The position numbers and the translations under genes are program-made. Below the pieces are notes generated by a model. That model did not search any database and was not told the origin of the DNA. It worked only from the letters and a program-made list of their open reading frames with translations. From Candidatus Eiseniibacteriota bacterium (GTDB taxonomy: Bacteria > Arandabacterota > Arandabacteria > Arandabacterales > Arandabacteraceae), in the NCBI GenBank assembly GCA_043810925.1, contig JBDRNT010000037.1:1-64000 (forward strand): a stretch of 64,000 nucleotides of DNA, written 5' to 3'. Below, piece by piece: positions 1-11,615 of the stretch (its first letter is position 1; every line of letters starts with the position of its first letter).

Positions 1-178
1 GTGCAGTGAAACACTGACACCAAAACCTGCGAAGTCCCGGCAATGGCTGGACGCTGATCACTCAGTTATAAGGGGTGAGATCACCCCACCCCGAGGGCGG
101 CGTATGCCCTATTGACAGGTGCCTCTTAATGGGTGACCCCAAGGGCCGTTGGGCACGGAGGCCGGGCGCTACACCTCT
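1..178. ncRNA. Candidate structured non-coding RNA or leader, possibly truncated at the window edge; family unassigned
   Basis: No credible ORF; several inverted repeats: CAGTG/CACTG 4-16, 34-52, GGGGTGA/TCACCCC 72-87, AGGGC/GCCCT 94-110, GCCTC/GAGGC 121-162. Confidence 0.25.
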
Positions 179-185
179 ATATCCG

Positions 186-212
186 GAATTCAAGAATTCA
201 AAGCCTGACCCC
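186..212. repeat. 27-bp intergenic repeat GAATTCAAGAATTCAAAGCCTGACCCC (half of a palindromic element)
   Basis: Identical to 42031-42057. Confidence 0.85.
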
Positions 213-283
213 ATCTTTGCTCTTGACAGGAGGGGGGTAGTCTGATTAGATAGGAAACTAGTAGAGTATGTCAGGAGAGGTCT

Positions 284-595
284 ATGTACGCAATAATCGA
301 TGTTGGCGGTAAACAACTTAAGGTCGCGCCTGAGGAGCACGTCAGGGTGCCGCTTCTTGAAGCGGAGGTGGGCTCGAAGGTGACTTTCGACCGTGTCTTG
401 GCCGTGCGATCGAACGGAGACGTCCACGTAGGTACTCCCACGGTTGAGGGTGCCAGGGTCGTCGCCGATGTTGTGGCCCATGGCAAGGCAAAGAAGGTGA
501 TGGTGGGCAAGTACAAGAGGCGTAAGTTCTACAGACGGAAGCGAGGCCACAGGCAAGACTATACTGAGATCAAGATATCCGAGATCGTGGTCTGA
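284..595 (+). CDS. rplU: 50S ribosomal protein L21
   Basis: [11 protein letters not shown] start, [26 protein letters not shown]; adjacent to L27. Confidence 0.98.
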   Translation: MYAIIDVGGKQLKVAPEEHVRVPLLEAEVGSKVTFDRVLAVRSNGDVHVGTPTVEGARVVADVVAHGKAKKVMVGKYKRRKFYRRKRGHRQDYTEIKISEIVV

Positions 596-611
596 GGAGG
601 TTTCAGGGGTT

Positions 612-863
612 ATGGCTCACAAGAAAGGTGTCGGAAGCTCCCGCAACGGGCGTGACAGCAACTCCCAGCGACTCGGGATCAAGAGTCACTCGGGGCAGGA
701 GATAAATGCCGGCACGATAATCATGCGGCAGAGGGGCACGAGATTTCTTCCCGGTGAGAATGTCGGAATGGGAAAGGACAAGACTCTTTTTGCTCTCGTA
801 AAGGGTAAGGTTGCATTCGAGCGGCAGGGAAAGAGCAAGAAGAAAGTCAGTGTGTACGCCTAG
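612..863 (+). CDS. rpmA: 50S ribosomal protein L27
   Basis: [22 protein letters not shown] signature. Confidence 0.99.
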   Translation: MAHKKGVGSSRNGRDSNSQRLGIKSHSGQEINAGTIIMRQRGTRFLPGENVGMGKDKTLFALVKGKVAFERQGKSKKKVSVYA

Positions 864-958
864 GTAGTTCCTTACGGCTGTTCCTAACTTGTTTCGGATA
901 AGCGCTTCCGGTTTGCTTTTTGTTCCAGTTTGTGCCGGCTCACCTGGGAGGTGGAGAT

Positions 959-1612
959 ATGAAGATAAGATGGCTCGGCCATTCTGCCTTTGTTCTGACC
1001 TCGGACTCCGGAACCAGGATTCTCACCGACCCCTACGAGAGCGGCAGCTACGGCGGAGCCGTCGGCTATGAACCCATCCGCGAGACGGTGGAAATCGTCA
1101 CCGCCAGTCACGACCACGAAGATCACTTCTGTCTTGAAGGCCTTCCCGAAGGATTCGAGTGCGTCACCACGACGGGTAAGCACGATGTCAACGGTCTCAC
1201 GATAACGGGTGTCAAGACCTACCATGACGAGACGAAGGGCAAGGAACGCGGACCCAACGTCATATTCGTAATCGATGTCGATGGGCTGAGAGTCTGCCAC
1301 CTGGGGGACCTCGGCCACACGCTCTCCGCCGACGAACTGGGTTCGATAGGTAAGGTTGATGTGCTCTTGATCCCCGTTGGCGGTTTCTATACGATCGGGC
1401 CGAAGGAAGCGCTTAACGTGATGAAAGCGCTTTCACCGGCCGTAACGATCCCGATGCATTTTAAGACCGAATCACTCGGATTTCCCATAGAGCCTGTTGA
1501 CAATTTCCTATCGCTTGCCGGAAAGCATGAGAGGCCCGGAACGAGCGAGATCGAGATCACAAAGGACGATCTCGGCGCCAGACGAATCATTGTTCTTGAG
1601 CACGAACTCTAA
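959..1612 (+). CDS. Metallo-beta-lactamase fold hydrolase
   Basis: MKIRWLGHSAF, TDPY, HDHEDH (HxHxDH), HLGDLG, IPMHF; SD GGAG before ATG 959. Confidence 0.9.
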   Translation: MKIRWLGHSAFVLTSDSGTRILTDPYESGSYGGAVGYEPIRETVEIVTASHDHEDHFCLEGLPEGFECVTTTGKHDVNGLTITGVKTYHDETKGKERGPNVIFVIDVDGLRVCHLGDLGHTLSADELGSIGKVDVLLIPVGGFYTIGPKEALNVMKALSPAVTIPMHFKTESLGFPIEPVDNFLSLAGKHERPGTSEIEITKDDLGARRIIVLEHEL

Positions 1613-1643
1613 CCTATCTTTCCTAAGGATGGAGGATTGATGC

Positions 1644-2486
1644 ATGAGAGAGGTTGATGTCAAGCAGATCGGTGATGCCGTACGGGATCTCTCGATCTCA
1701 ACGAACTGCGAGCTGGGTGAGCGGGAGACCGAATATATCAAGAAGATGCTTGATGTTGAAGAGTCTCCGACGGGCAAGGAGATAATCTCGATGTTACTTG
1801 AGAATGCAGAGATTGCCCGCAAGGAGATGATCCCGATCTGTCAGGACACCGGCTTTACGGTGATCTTCCTTGATCTCGGGCAGGATGTGCATCTTGTGGG
1901 CGGCGACCTCAGCGATGCGCTTGCCGATGGCGTCAAGCGAGGTTACACCGAAGGCTACTTAAGAAAATCGATTCTCTCCGATCCGATAAAGCGGGTGAAT
2001 ACCGGGGACAACACACCGCCGGTCGTGCACCTTTCCATCGTCCCCGGGGACAAAGTCAAGGTGACACTGGCTCCCAAGGGCGGCGGCAGTGAGAACATGA
2101 GCGGCGTCTGTATGCTCAAGCCCGCCGACGGTATCGAGGGCGTTAAGAACTTCGTCGTCGACAAGGTCATTGCCTCAGGTGGTAATCCCTGTCCACCAGT
2201 GGTTGTCGGTGTGGGTATAGGGGGCACGTTTGAGAAGTGTGCTTTCCTTGCAAAGAAGGCGCTCTTAAAGCCCCTCGGCGAGCGTCATCCGGATCCATTC
2301 TATGCTGAAGTCGAGGAAGAGATCCTCAGGCGGGTCAATGAGTCCGGAGTGGGCCCTCAGGGTCTTGGCGGCAGGGTGACGGCGCTCGATGTCCATGTGG
2401 AGACTTATCCCTGCCACATCGCATCGCTGCCTTCTGCAGTCAACATAAACTGCCATGCCTCACGCCATGGCGAGAGAGTGATATAA
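1644..2486 (+). CDS. Class I fumarate hydratase / L-tartrate dehydratase Fe-S alpha subunit
   Basis: PICQDTG, KGGGSEN, GNPCPP, CHASRH motifs. Confidence 0.93.
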   Translation: MREVDVKQIGDAVRDLSISTNCELGERETEYIKKMLDVEESPTGKEIISMLLENAEIARKEMIPICQDTGFTVIFLDLGQDVHLVGGDLSDALADGVKRGYTEGYLRKSILSDPIKRVNTGDNTPPVVHLSIVPGDKVKVTLAPKGGGSENMSGVCMLKPADGIEGVKNFVVDKVIASGGNPCPPVVVGVGIGGTFEKCAFLAKKALLKPLGERHPDPFYAEVEEEILRRVNESGVGPQGLGGRVTALDVHVETYPCHIASLPSAVNINCHASRHGERVI

Positions 2487-2501
2487 GAAGCCTGGAGGAT
2501 T

Positions 2502-3065
2502 ATGATGGCACAAGTCAAGCATATCGCGGCACCGCTGACCGACGAGGTTGTCAAGACCCTGAAGATAGGTGACAAGGTGGCGATAACCGGCGTCATTTAC
2601 TCGGCGCGGGATGCCGCACACAAGAAACTGGTAGATCTCATAGAAAGCGGCAAGGACCTGCCGTTTGACCTGCCGGGGCAGGCGATCTACTTCGTGGGCC
2701 CGACACCGGCCAAACCCGGAAACGTCGTTGGGGCCGCAGGGCCTACAACCTCAGGACGGATGGATGCTTATTCACCGATCCTCATCGCCCACGGACTCAA
2801 GGGCATGATAGGCAAAGGGCCCAGGTCTCAAGGCGTCAAGGACGCTATGAAGAAACACGGCGCGGTCTACTTCGCAGCCGTGGGCGGCGCGGGAGCGCTG
2901 ATTTCAAAGTCAATCACAAAGGTGGATGTGATCGCCTATCCTGAACTCGGTGCAGAGGCGATACGGCGGATGGAAGTCAAGGACTTTCCCGCCATCGTGG
3001 CAATTGATGCATCGGGTGACGATCTCTACGAGAAAGGCAAGAAGGAATACGGAATAGGTGCCTGA
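2502..3065 (+). CDS. Class I fumarate hydratase / tartrate dehydratase beta subunit
   Basis: ARDAAHK, GPTTSGRMD, MIGKG motifs; follows the alpha subunit. Confidence 0.93.
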   Translation: MMAQVKHIAAPLTDEVVKTLKIGDKVAITGVIYSARDAAHKKLVDLIESGKDLPFDLPGQAIYFVGPTPAKPGNVVGAAGPTTSGRMDAYSPILIAHGLKGMIGKGPRSQGVKDAMKKHGAVYFAAVGGAGALISKSITKVDVIAYPELGAEAIRRMEVKDFPAIVAIDASGDDLYEKGKKEYGIGA

Positions 3066-3824
3066 TAAGGAAGCCGTAATAGGAGTCATCCCTGCTCGAT
3101 ACGGCTCAACACGCTTTCCCGGCAAACCTCTCGCCCTGATCGCCGGCAGGCCCATGATCCAGCATGTCTACGAGCGCTCCTCAAAGGCTTCACTGCTTTC
3201 CCGGGTTGTGGTTGCGACCGACGATGAGCGAATAGAGCGCGCCGTAAAAGACTTCGGCGGCACGGCGGTGATGACCTCGGCCGGCCACCGGACCGGTACC
3301 GACAGGACCGCCGAGGTTGCCGGGCGCCTTGAAGCTCCCAACTATGTCAACATACAGGGTGACGAACCCCTGGTGGATGCCGACCACATAGACATGTGCG
3401 CCCGGCTGCTTCTCGACGGGGCGAGCATGAGTACGCTTGTAGCCAGGATCAGGACGAGGGATGAGCTCCTCGATCAGCACCTGGCGAGAGTTGTCGTAGG
3501 CAAGGACGGCCACGCGCTGATGTTTTCCCGGTCCACAATTCCTTTTCCCAGAAAATACCTTGATCGGGGAGTCGATGTGGATTTAGACTCGTCAACGTAC
3601 TACAGACACATTGGCATATACGGTTACACGCGATCCACTCTGGAGAAGCTCGCAGAAGCCGGTGTGTGTGAGCTCGAAGAGCTCGAGTCACTCGAGCAGC
3701 TTCGAGCCCTCTGGCTTGGTATCGCGATCAGGGTGGGTGTCGTTGGAAAGGTAGGCCCCTGCGTAGACGTGCCCTCGGACATCGCATGTATTGAAGCTGC
3801 GATGCGTATGGGAGACGGGGTGTA

Positions 3825-3825
<1 letters not shown>
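3058..3825 (+). CDS. kdsB: 3-deoxy-manno-octulosonate cytidylyltransferase
   Basis: [36 protein letters not shown]. Confidence 0.95.
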
Positions 3826-5458
<1,633 letters not shown>

Positions 5459-5462
<4 letters not shown>

Positions 5463-6298
5463 TCCCGCCTGTGGTGAACGTATCGGGGATAGAGGTGGGT
5501 GGTGAGAGGTTCACCGTAATAGGGGGCCCGTGTGTCATAGAGGATCTCGATGTCTGTCTCGAGACCGCCGCAAGCCTGAAGGCCTCCGCCGGGAAGCACG
5601 GTCTTAACTTCATTTTCAAATCGTCATTCGAGAAAGACAACAGATCCGACGTGGCCTTCTACCGGGGTCCGGGTATCAAAGAGGGGCTCCGGATTCTCTC
5701 CGAGGTGCGGGAACAGATTGGGGTACCTGTGCTCTCGGATGTTCACAGCCGCGAGCAGGTCGGACCGGCATCGGAGGTGCTTGATGTCATCCAGATACCT
5801 GCTTACCTGAGTCAGCAGACAAGCCTCGTCGTACTCGCGGGCGAGACCGGCAAACCGGTCAATGTCAAGAAAGGCCAGTTTGTTGCGCCTGAGGATATGC
5901 GTGCCGTGGTCTCGAAGATAAGGAGCACCGGTAATAACAGCATCATGCTTACCGAGCGCGGCAGTTGCTTCGGCTACCGCAGACTGGTGGTCGACATGAG
6001 GTCACTACCCATAATGCAGTCACTGGGATGCCCCGTGATTTTCGATGTGACCCACGCCATAAGGATCTATGGAAAGCCGAGTGCGGATGAGTCCGGTGGT
6101 GAGCCCAGGTTCGTACCGGCTCTTGCCCGGGCGGCGGTTGCATGCGGTATCGACGGACTGTTTCTGGAGACGCACCCGGAGCCCGCGCGCGGGAACTGCG
6201 ATGCCGCCAGCATGCTCGATCTTTCGGAGGCGGACGCATTGCTTGGGCAGGTATCGGCAATAGACGGGCTCGTAAGAACATTCGAACCGAGGTCGTGA
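5459..6298 (+). CDS. kdsA: KDO 8-phosphate synthase, metal-dependent type, with divergent signature motifs
   Basis: GPCVIE, NVKKGQF, TERG, FLETHP; operon context; KDNRS replaces KANRS. Confidence 0.85.
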
Positions 6299-6822
6299 TG
6301 GGCGAGAGCAAGCATGGAATCAGGATGTTCGGTATGGATGTGGACGGAGTACTCACCGATGGCGGCATCTACTACGGTAATTCGGGCCTTGAGATAAAGC
6401 GATTCGATGCACAGGACGGTATGGGAATCACCCTCTTGAGAAAGGCGGGTATAATACCGTTCATCGTTACCGGGCGTACGAGTGAGGCCGTCAAGAGACG
6501 TGGTGAAGAGCTGGGAATAGATGAGATCCACCAGGGTGTCAAAGACAAACTGGCATGTCTCAAGGGTCTCGCCGAAAGCCACGGCGTCGCGTTTGAAGAA
6601 ATAGCCTTCGTCGGTGATGACCTCGCCGATCTTGAAGTCCTGGGGAGCATCGGCCACCCCATTGCGGTCGCCAATGCGAGGGACGAGGTCAAGCGTGCGG
6701 CGGCGTTTGTTACGCCGTCGCCTGGCGGTGCCGGTGCGGTGAGGGAAGCCTGCGAATACGCGATACGACTCAACGGCTACGATCAGGAATCCATGCTTGG
6801 TCTCTTGATCAAGGATAAGTGA
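6298..6822 (+). CDS. kdsC: KDO 8-phosphate phosphatase (HAD family)
   Basis: DVDGVLTDG, GDDLAD, GGAGAVRE; ATG overlaps the kdsA stop (TGATG). Confidence 0.93.
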   Translation: MGESKHGIRMFGMDVDGVLTDGGIYYGNSGLEIKRFDAQDGMGITLLRKAGIIPFIVTGRTSEAVKRRGEELGIDEIHQGVKDKLACLKGLAESHGVAFEEIAFVGDDLADLEVLGSIGHPIAVANARDEVKRAAAFVTPSPGGAGAVREACEYAIRLNGYDQESMLGLLIKDK

Positions 6823-6835
6823 CCGGAGGACCGAC

Positions 6836-7873
6836 GTGCATAGACGCAAGCGAGAGAGCCGGGTGGGCACCAATGGTCTGGGTAGCAAGGTACTTGAGAC
6901 GGCCAGAGGGGTAATAAAGATCGAGGCCGAGGAAATCGCCCGGCTTGAAGCCAGGCTCGGGGAAGAATTCGTTGATGCCGTCGATGCGATCACCTCGTGC
7001 ATAGAGCGAGGCGGCAAAGTGATTGTGACAGGCATCGGCAAGAGCGGCCTCGTTGCCAAGAAACTTGCAGCGACGATGAACAGCACCGGCACGACCGCAT
7101 TCTTCCTTCATCCCTCTGAGGCCGTTCACGGCGACGTAGGCATGGTCAGCGCCAGGGATGTCGTAATCGCGATCTCAAAGAGCGGGAAGACCGAAGAACT
7201 GGCGGCCCTGCTTCCCACCTTCAGGCGGCTGGGGACTGCGATAATCGCGCTCACGGGTGATATCACGTCCGATCTGGCAAAGGAGAGCGACATAGTCCTC
7301 GACGTCAGTGTGAAACAGGAAGCCTGCCCGTTCGATCTTGCACCGACCGCTTCGACCTCAAGCGCCTTCGCGATGGCAGACGCGCTGGCGATCTCGATAT
7401 TCGTTGTGAGAGGTCTTCAGCCGGAGGATTTTGCCTTTCATCACCCCGGTGGGGCCCTGGGCAAGCGGTTGCTCCTCAAGGTGAGTGACATCATGCACAC
7501 CGGCGAGGCCATGCCGATTGTGAGGGAAGCCGCCACGATGCGGGACGCCCTGATGGAGATCATCGATAAGCGGCTCGGCATGACCGGGGTCGTGGATGAT
7601 GAGGGCCAACTCGTCGGGATTATAACCGATGGCGATATAAAGCGGATCTTGATGGGGCACCAGGATATCACGGACATTCGGGAGATCAAGGTCGGCAGCG
7701 TCATGACCAGAAATCCGAGGACGATCGACAGGGAAGCCCTTGTGGCGAGGGCCATCCAGAAGATGGAGGCGGATCCCGGACGTCTGATCACGTGTCTCAT
7801 GATCGTGGACGGCAGGGGCTATCCGATCGGAATAATCCACATGCATGACTGCCTCAGAACCGGCATTGCGTAA
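6836..7873 (+). CDS. kdsD: Arabinose 5-phosphate isomerase, KpsF/GutQ family (SIS plus two CBS domains)
   Basis: GIGKSG, EAVHGDVG, EACPFDLAPTAST, HPGGALG; exact start uncertain. Confidence 0.95.
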   Translation: MHRRKRESRVGTNGLGSKVLETARGVIKIEAEEIARLEARLGEEFVDAVDAITSCIERGGKVIVTGIGKSGLVAKKLAATMNSTGTTAFFLHPSEAVHGDVGMVSARDVVIAISKSGKTEELAALLPTFRRLGTAIIALTGDITSDLAKESDIVLDVSVKQEACPFDLAPTASTSSAFAMADALAISIFVVRGLQPEDFAFHHPGGALGKRLLLKVSDIMHTGEAMPIVREAATMRDALMEIIDKRLGMTGVVDDEGQLVGIITDGDIKRILMGHQDITDIREIKVGSVMTRNPRTIDREALVARAIQKMEADPGRLITCLMIVDGRGYPIGIIHMHDCLRTGIA

Positions 7874-7899
7874 GCCTCGTCGGACATCTATCATACATC

Positions 7900-7914
7900 T
7901 GGCATAGAATATGC
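7900..7914 (+). promoter_or_regulatory. Sigma54 -24/-12 site TGGCATAGAATATGC
   Basis: GG-N10-GC spacing with TGGCA start; intergenic. Confidence 0.6.
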
Positions 7915-7943
7915 TTGACACTGGCACGCCCCTCGTCTAACAT
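7915..7943 (+). promoter_or_regulatory. Sigma70 promoter TTGACA-N17-TAACAT for the lpxL-lptC-lptB-rpoN operon
   Basis: Perfect -35, 17-bp spacer, TAnnnT -10. Confidence 0.7.
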
Positions 7944-7996
7944 CTACATAGGAAGCACGACGCTACGGGTTCTGCCCGTTGAGGATAGAGATAGAG

Positions 7997-8890
7997 ATGT
8001 TCAGGAAGCTCCGCAGGTTCCTGGCGTACATTACCGTAGCCGGTCTTGTCAGGCTTGCAGAGATACTACCGAGACGTGTCGGGACCGCACTGTTCGCCTG
8101 GCTGGGGGCGGTTGCATACGGGCTGATGGCCCGATCCCGTGGCGTTGCACTGGCGAATTTAGAGCTGGTCTACGGCTCGACTACTCCCGATACAGATAAA
8201 AGGAGGATTGCGCGCGCCGCGTTCATCAATCTAGGGCGATTTGCTTACGATACGGCAAGGATGAGAAAGACAACTCCCCAGACAATACAGAGGATAACCG
8301 GGATCACCGGTAAGGAGCATCTCGACGGGGCACTTGCGCGTGGGAAGGGTGTGGTTGCTCTTACCGGGCATGTCGGTAACTGGGAGCTAATGGGTGCTTA
8401 CTTCTCCCTGATGGGCTATCCTCTGACCGTGTTTGCTACCGATTTGAAGGACTCGAGGCTCAACGACCTCCTTGCGGACTTGAGGACCAGCACGGGGCTC
8501 AAGGTGGTTGAGCGTTCGAAAGGCCTGCCGGCGGCTCTGCGGTGTCTTAAACGCGGTGAGATGCTCGGAGCGTTGATCGATCAGGATACATCGGTCGATA
8601 GCGTTGTTGTGGATTTTCTCGGCAGCCCCGCGAAGACCCCTGTCGGCCCGACCAAGCTGGCCTCGAGGATGGGGGCGCCCGTTGTTCCGATGGCCATGCT
8701 GATGACCGATGACGGGGACTACCGGATCGAGGTCAAGGAGCCGGTTACAGTCGGGGATAACGGATCATCACTTGAGGACGATGTTGAGAAGTGCTCCAAG
8801 GCAATTGAGGAGTTCATACACAGGAAGCCGTCACAATGGGTCTGGATGCATAAGAGATGGAAATCAGTGCTTTCAGATATGTACTCGTGA
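7997..8890 (+). CDS. Lipid A late acyltransferase (LpxL/HtrB family)
   Basis: HVGNWE (HxxxxE), LIDQD, QWVWMHKRWK; start taken at ATG 7997. Confidence 0.88.
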   Translation: MFRKLRRFLAYITVAGLVRLAEILPRRVGTALFAWLGAVAYGLMARSRGVALANLELVYGSTTPDTDKRRIARAAFINLGRFAYDTARMRKTTPQTIQRITGITGKEHLDGALARGKGVVALTGHVGNWELMGAYFSLMGYPLTVFATDLKDSRLNDLLADLRTSTGLKVVERSKGLPAALRCLKRGEMLGALIDQDTSVDSVVVDFLGSPAKTPVGPTKLASRMGAPVVPMAMLMTDDGDYRIEVKEPVTVGDNGSSLEDDVEKCSKAIEEFIHRKPSQWVWMHKRWKSVLSDMYS

Positions 8891-9459
8891 AGCCGGTTGT
8901 CGGTCTGATTCTGGCGGGTCTCGTGGTTGCGGGTGCCTGCTCGAGGGAGGAGCCCGGTGATCTTATTGAGGAGCGCAGCGAACCGCTCCCCGATCAGGTG
9001 ATCTCCGACTTCAAGATCACGGAAACATCGTTGGGCAAGAAGGACTGGACCATGAGAGCTGAGAAGGCGTACATCTATGAAAAGAGGAACCTCCTGGAAG
9101 CCCGAGTGATCGAAGTCAACTTCTTCAGCGAACAGGGTGAGGTGCGGTCGGTCCTCATTGCGGATTACGGCAAGATCAACCGTTATTCGGGCGACATGGA
9201 GGCCAGAGGTAACGTTGTGGTTACAGGATCGGACGGCGTCGTGCTTGAGTCGCAAAGTCTGACGTGGGACAGTGCGACGAGGCAGATCGCCTCGGATGAC
9301 TCGGTGAAGGTCATACGAAACGAGGATGTGTTGACGGGTTGGGGCTTCAAGGGGGACCCCGACCTCGGGTCATTCACCATCTTAAGAGATATGAAGGCAA
9401 CGATCAGGGCAGGACAGCAAGACGCGGAAGGCGGACAGCCAAATGGCCACGGCACTTAA
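8887..9459 (+). CDS. lptC: LPS export periplasmic protein LptC
   Basis: N-terminal hydrophobic anchor, beta-jellyroll-like GNVVV..L.SQSLTWD; upstream of lptB; GTGA overlap with lpxL. Confidence 0.8.
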   Translation: MKPVVGLILAGLVVAGACSREEPGDLIEERSEPLPDQVISDFKITETSLGKKDWTMRAEKAYIYEKRNLLEARVIEVNFFSEQGEVRSVLIADYGKINRYSGDMEARGNVVVTGSDGVVLESQSLTWDSATRQIASDDSVKVIRNEDVLTGWGFKGDPDLGSFTILRDMKATIRAGQQDAEGGQPNGHGT

Positions 9460-10171
9460 GACTGAAAATCTGGTCAAGTCCTACAGAGGGCGGCGGGTCG
9501 TCGACGGAATATCGATCGAGGTCAACCGGGGTGAGATCGTGGGTCTCCTCGGTCAGAACGGCGCCGGAAAGACGACCAGCTTCTACATGATGATGGGTCT
9601 GGTCCGGCCCGAGAGCGGTTCCATCTTCCTGGACGGGTCCGACGTAACGGATCTGCCGATGCACATGAGGGCGAGGATGGGACTGGGATATCTCTCGCAG
9701 GAACCTTCCGTGTTCAGGAAGTTGACCGTAGAAGACAACATAAAGGCGATCCTCGAGACCCTGAACATCAGAGCGGACGAGCTCGCGACAAGACTGGAAG
9801 CACTGATGAACGAGCTGGGTATAACGCACCTGAGGACGTCAAAGGCTTTCATGCTCTCGGGCGGCGAGCGCCGGAGGCTGGAAATCGCGAGGGCACTCGT
9901 GACAAGTCCCAGCTTCATGTTGCTTGACGAACCGTTTTCGGGAATCGACCCGATTGCCGTTGCGGACATCCAGTCCATTGTCGCAGGTCTCAGGGACAAG
10001 GGGCTGGGTTTGCTCATAACGGATCACAATGTGAGGGAGACACTTTCGATCACAGATCGTTCATACATCATGGCGGAAGGCAAGATCCTCGTACATGGTG
10101 AACCCGAAGACCTGGCTAATGATCCAGTTGCAAGGGAGGCCTATCTCGGCGAGAAATTCTCGCTTGGCTGA
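9443..10171 (+). CDS. lptB: LPS export ABC transporter ATP-binding protein
   Basis: [46 protein letters not shown]. Confidence 0.97.
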   Translation: MATALKTENLVKSYRGRRVVDGISIEVNRGEIVGLLGQNGAGKTTSFYMMMGLVRPESGSIFLDGSDVTDLPMHMRARMGLGYLSQEPSVFRKLTVEDNIKAILETLNIRADELATRLEALMNELGITHLRTSKAFMLSGGERRRLEIARALVTSPSFMLLDEPFSGIDPIAVADIQSIVAGLRDKGLGLLITDHNVRETLSITDRSYIMAEGKILVHGEPEDLANDPVAREAYLGEKFSLG

Positions 10172-10197
10172 ACCTGAGTAAGGCGGGGGTAATCTGA

Positions 10198-11613
10198 ATG
10201 GACATGAAACATGAAATGCGGCATGAGCTAAGACAGAAGCTGGTCATGACGCCCAAGCTGCAGCAGGCTATCAAACTGCTCCAGGTGCCTGCGCTTGAAC
10301 TCCAGCAGATACTCAAGGAAGAGTTGACCGTCAACCCGTTGCTCGAAGAGCCTGAAGACGGTGAGGATGAGGTCCAGGAAGAAGAGGTTCCTGATGACGA
10401 CGGTGAGGACGAAGGGGAGTTCAAGGCCAGCGAGGCGGAGATCGAGTGGGATCGCTATCTGAAGGACGGGTTCGAGATGGGCTCACGTGCCTCCGGAGAG
10501 AGGGAGGAGATCGAGGAAGGTTATGAGAGGGTTCCGGTCGTCAAGCACACGCTTGAAGACCATCTCATGTCCCAGCTGAGGATCGCCACGGATCTGGAAG
10601 AAAGCATCAAGATCGGGGAGTTCATAATAGGGAGTCTTGACAGAAACGGGTTCCTGACGATCTCAACCGAAGAGATTGCGCGCTTGCTGTCGGTGGATGA
10701 AGACGTGATCACCAGGGTCCATTCACTGATCAAGACCTTCGATCCACCCGGCATCGGTGCCGCAGATCTTCGCGAGTGTCTGATGATTCAGCTTTCCCAG
10801 GACGCGCTTGAAGACAGTCTTGCCTGGGTGCTTGTCAAGGATCATCTCGATGACTTCCTGCAGAAAAGATACCCGGACCTGGCACGCAGGCTCCACAAGA
10901 CCGTCGGGGAGGTGCAGACCGCCGCGGATGTGATTGCGAAGTACGATCCCCGTCCCGGCACGCGATACTCTTCCGATGAGCCACGCTACATCGTACCCGA
11001 TCTCGTGATTGAGAACGTCGAGGGCGAGTATATAGTGCAGCTCAATGACAGGAACGTACCACGACTGCGCATCAGTCGCGCATACAAAGACATACTGTCG
11101 AATGCGAAGTCGAGGACCAAGAAAGAGCGCGAATATGTTGTGGAAAAGCTGAATTCCGCCAGATGGCTCATAAGGACTATCGATCAGCGCAGAAGGACTA
11201 TGATAAAGGTGATGGAGGCCATACTTGAGGTCCAGAGAGAGTTCTTCGACAAGGGCGTGGAACACCTCAGACCGCTCACGTTGCAGCAGATCGCCGAGAG
11301 GGTGGATATGCATGAGTCCACGGTGAGCAGGGTCACCAACAGCAAGTATGTTCAGACCCCTAGGGGAGTGCTGGAACTCAAGTACTTCTTCTCGACGGGT
11401 CTCAGGTCCGATAACGGCGAAGTAGCGTCCTCGAAGATGATCAAAGCGAGGCTGTCCGAAGCGATCGAGAAGGAAGACAAGCATCGCCCTCTGAGTGATC
11501 AGGAGCTCGCCGACATGCTTAAACGGGAAGGCCTGAATGTAGCCCGCCGGACCGTGGCTAAGTACCGGGACCAGCTCGAAATACTTCCGGCCAGGATAAG
11601 GAAGCAGTATTAA
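10198..11613 (+). CDS. rpoN: RNA polymerase sigma-54 factor
   Basis: MTPKLQQAIKLLQ, HESTVSR, RpoN box ARRTVAKYR. Confidence 0.99.
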   Translation: MDMKHEMRHELRQKLVMTPKLQQAIKLLQVPALELQQILKEELTVNPLLEEPEDGEDEVQEEEVPDDDGEDEGEFKASEAEIEWDRYLKDGFEMGSRASGEREEIEEGYERVPVVKHTLEDHLMSQLRIATDLEESIKIGEFIIGSLDRNGFLTISTEEIARLLSVDEDVITRVHSLIKTFDPPGIGAADLRECLMIQLSQDALEDSLAWVLVKDHLDDFLQKRYPDLARRLHKTVGEVQTAADVIAKYDPRPGTRYSSDEPRYIVPDLVIENVEGEYIVQLNDRNVPRLRISRAYKDILSNAKSRTKKEREYVVEKLNSARWLIRTIDQRRRTMIKVMEAILEVQREFFDKGVEHLRPLTLQQIAERVDMHESTVSRVTNSKYVQTPRGVLELKYFFSTGLRSDNGEVASSKMIKARLSEAIEKEDKHRPLSDQELADMLKREGLNVARRTVAKYRDQLEILPARIRKQY

Positions 11614-11615
11614 AC

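Noticed and set aside
7922-7936. Second sigma54 promoter TGGCACGCCCCTCGT
   Set aside because: The -12 element lacks the GC dinucleotide; kept only as a half-site
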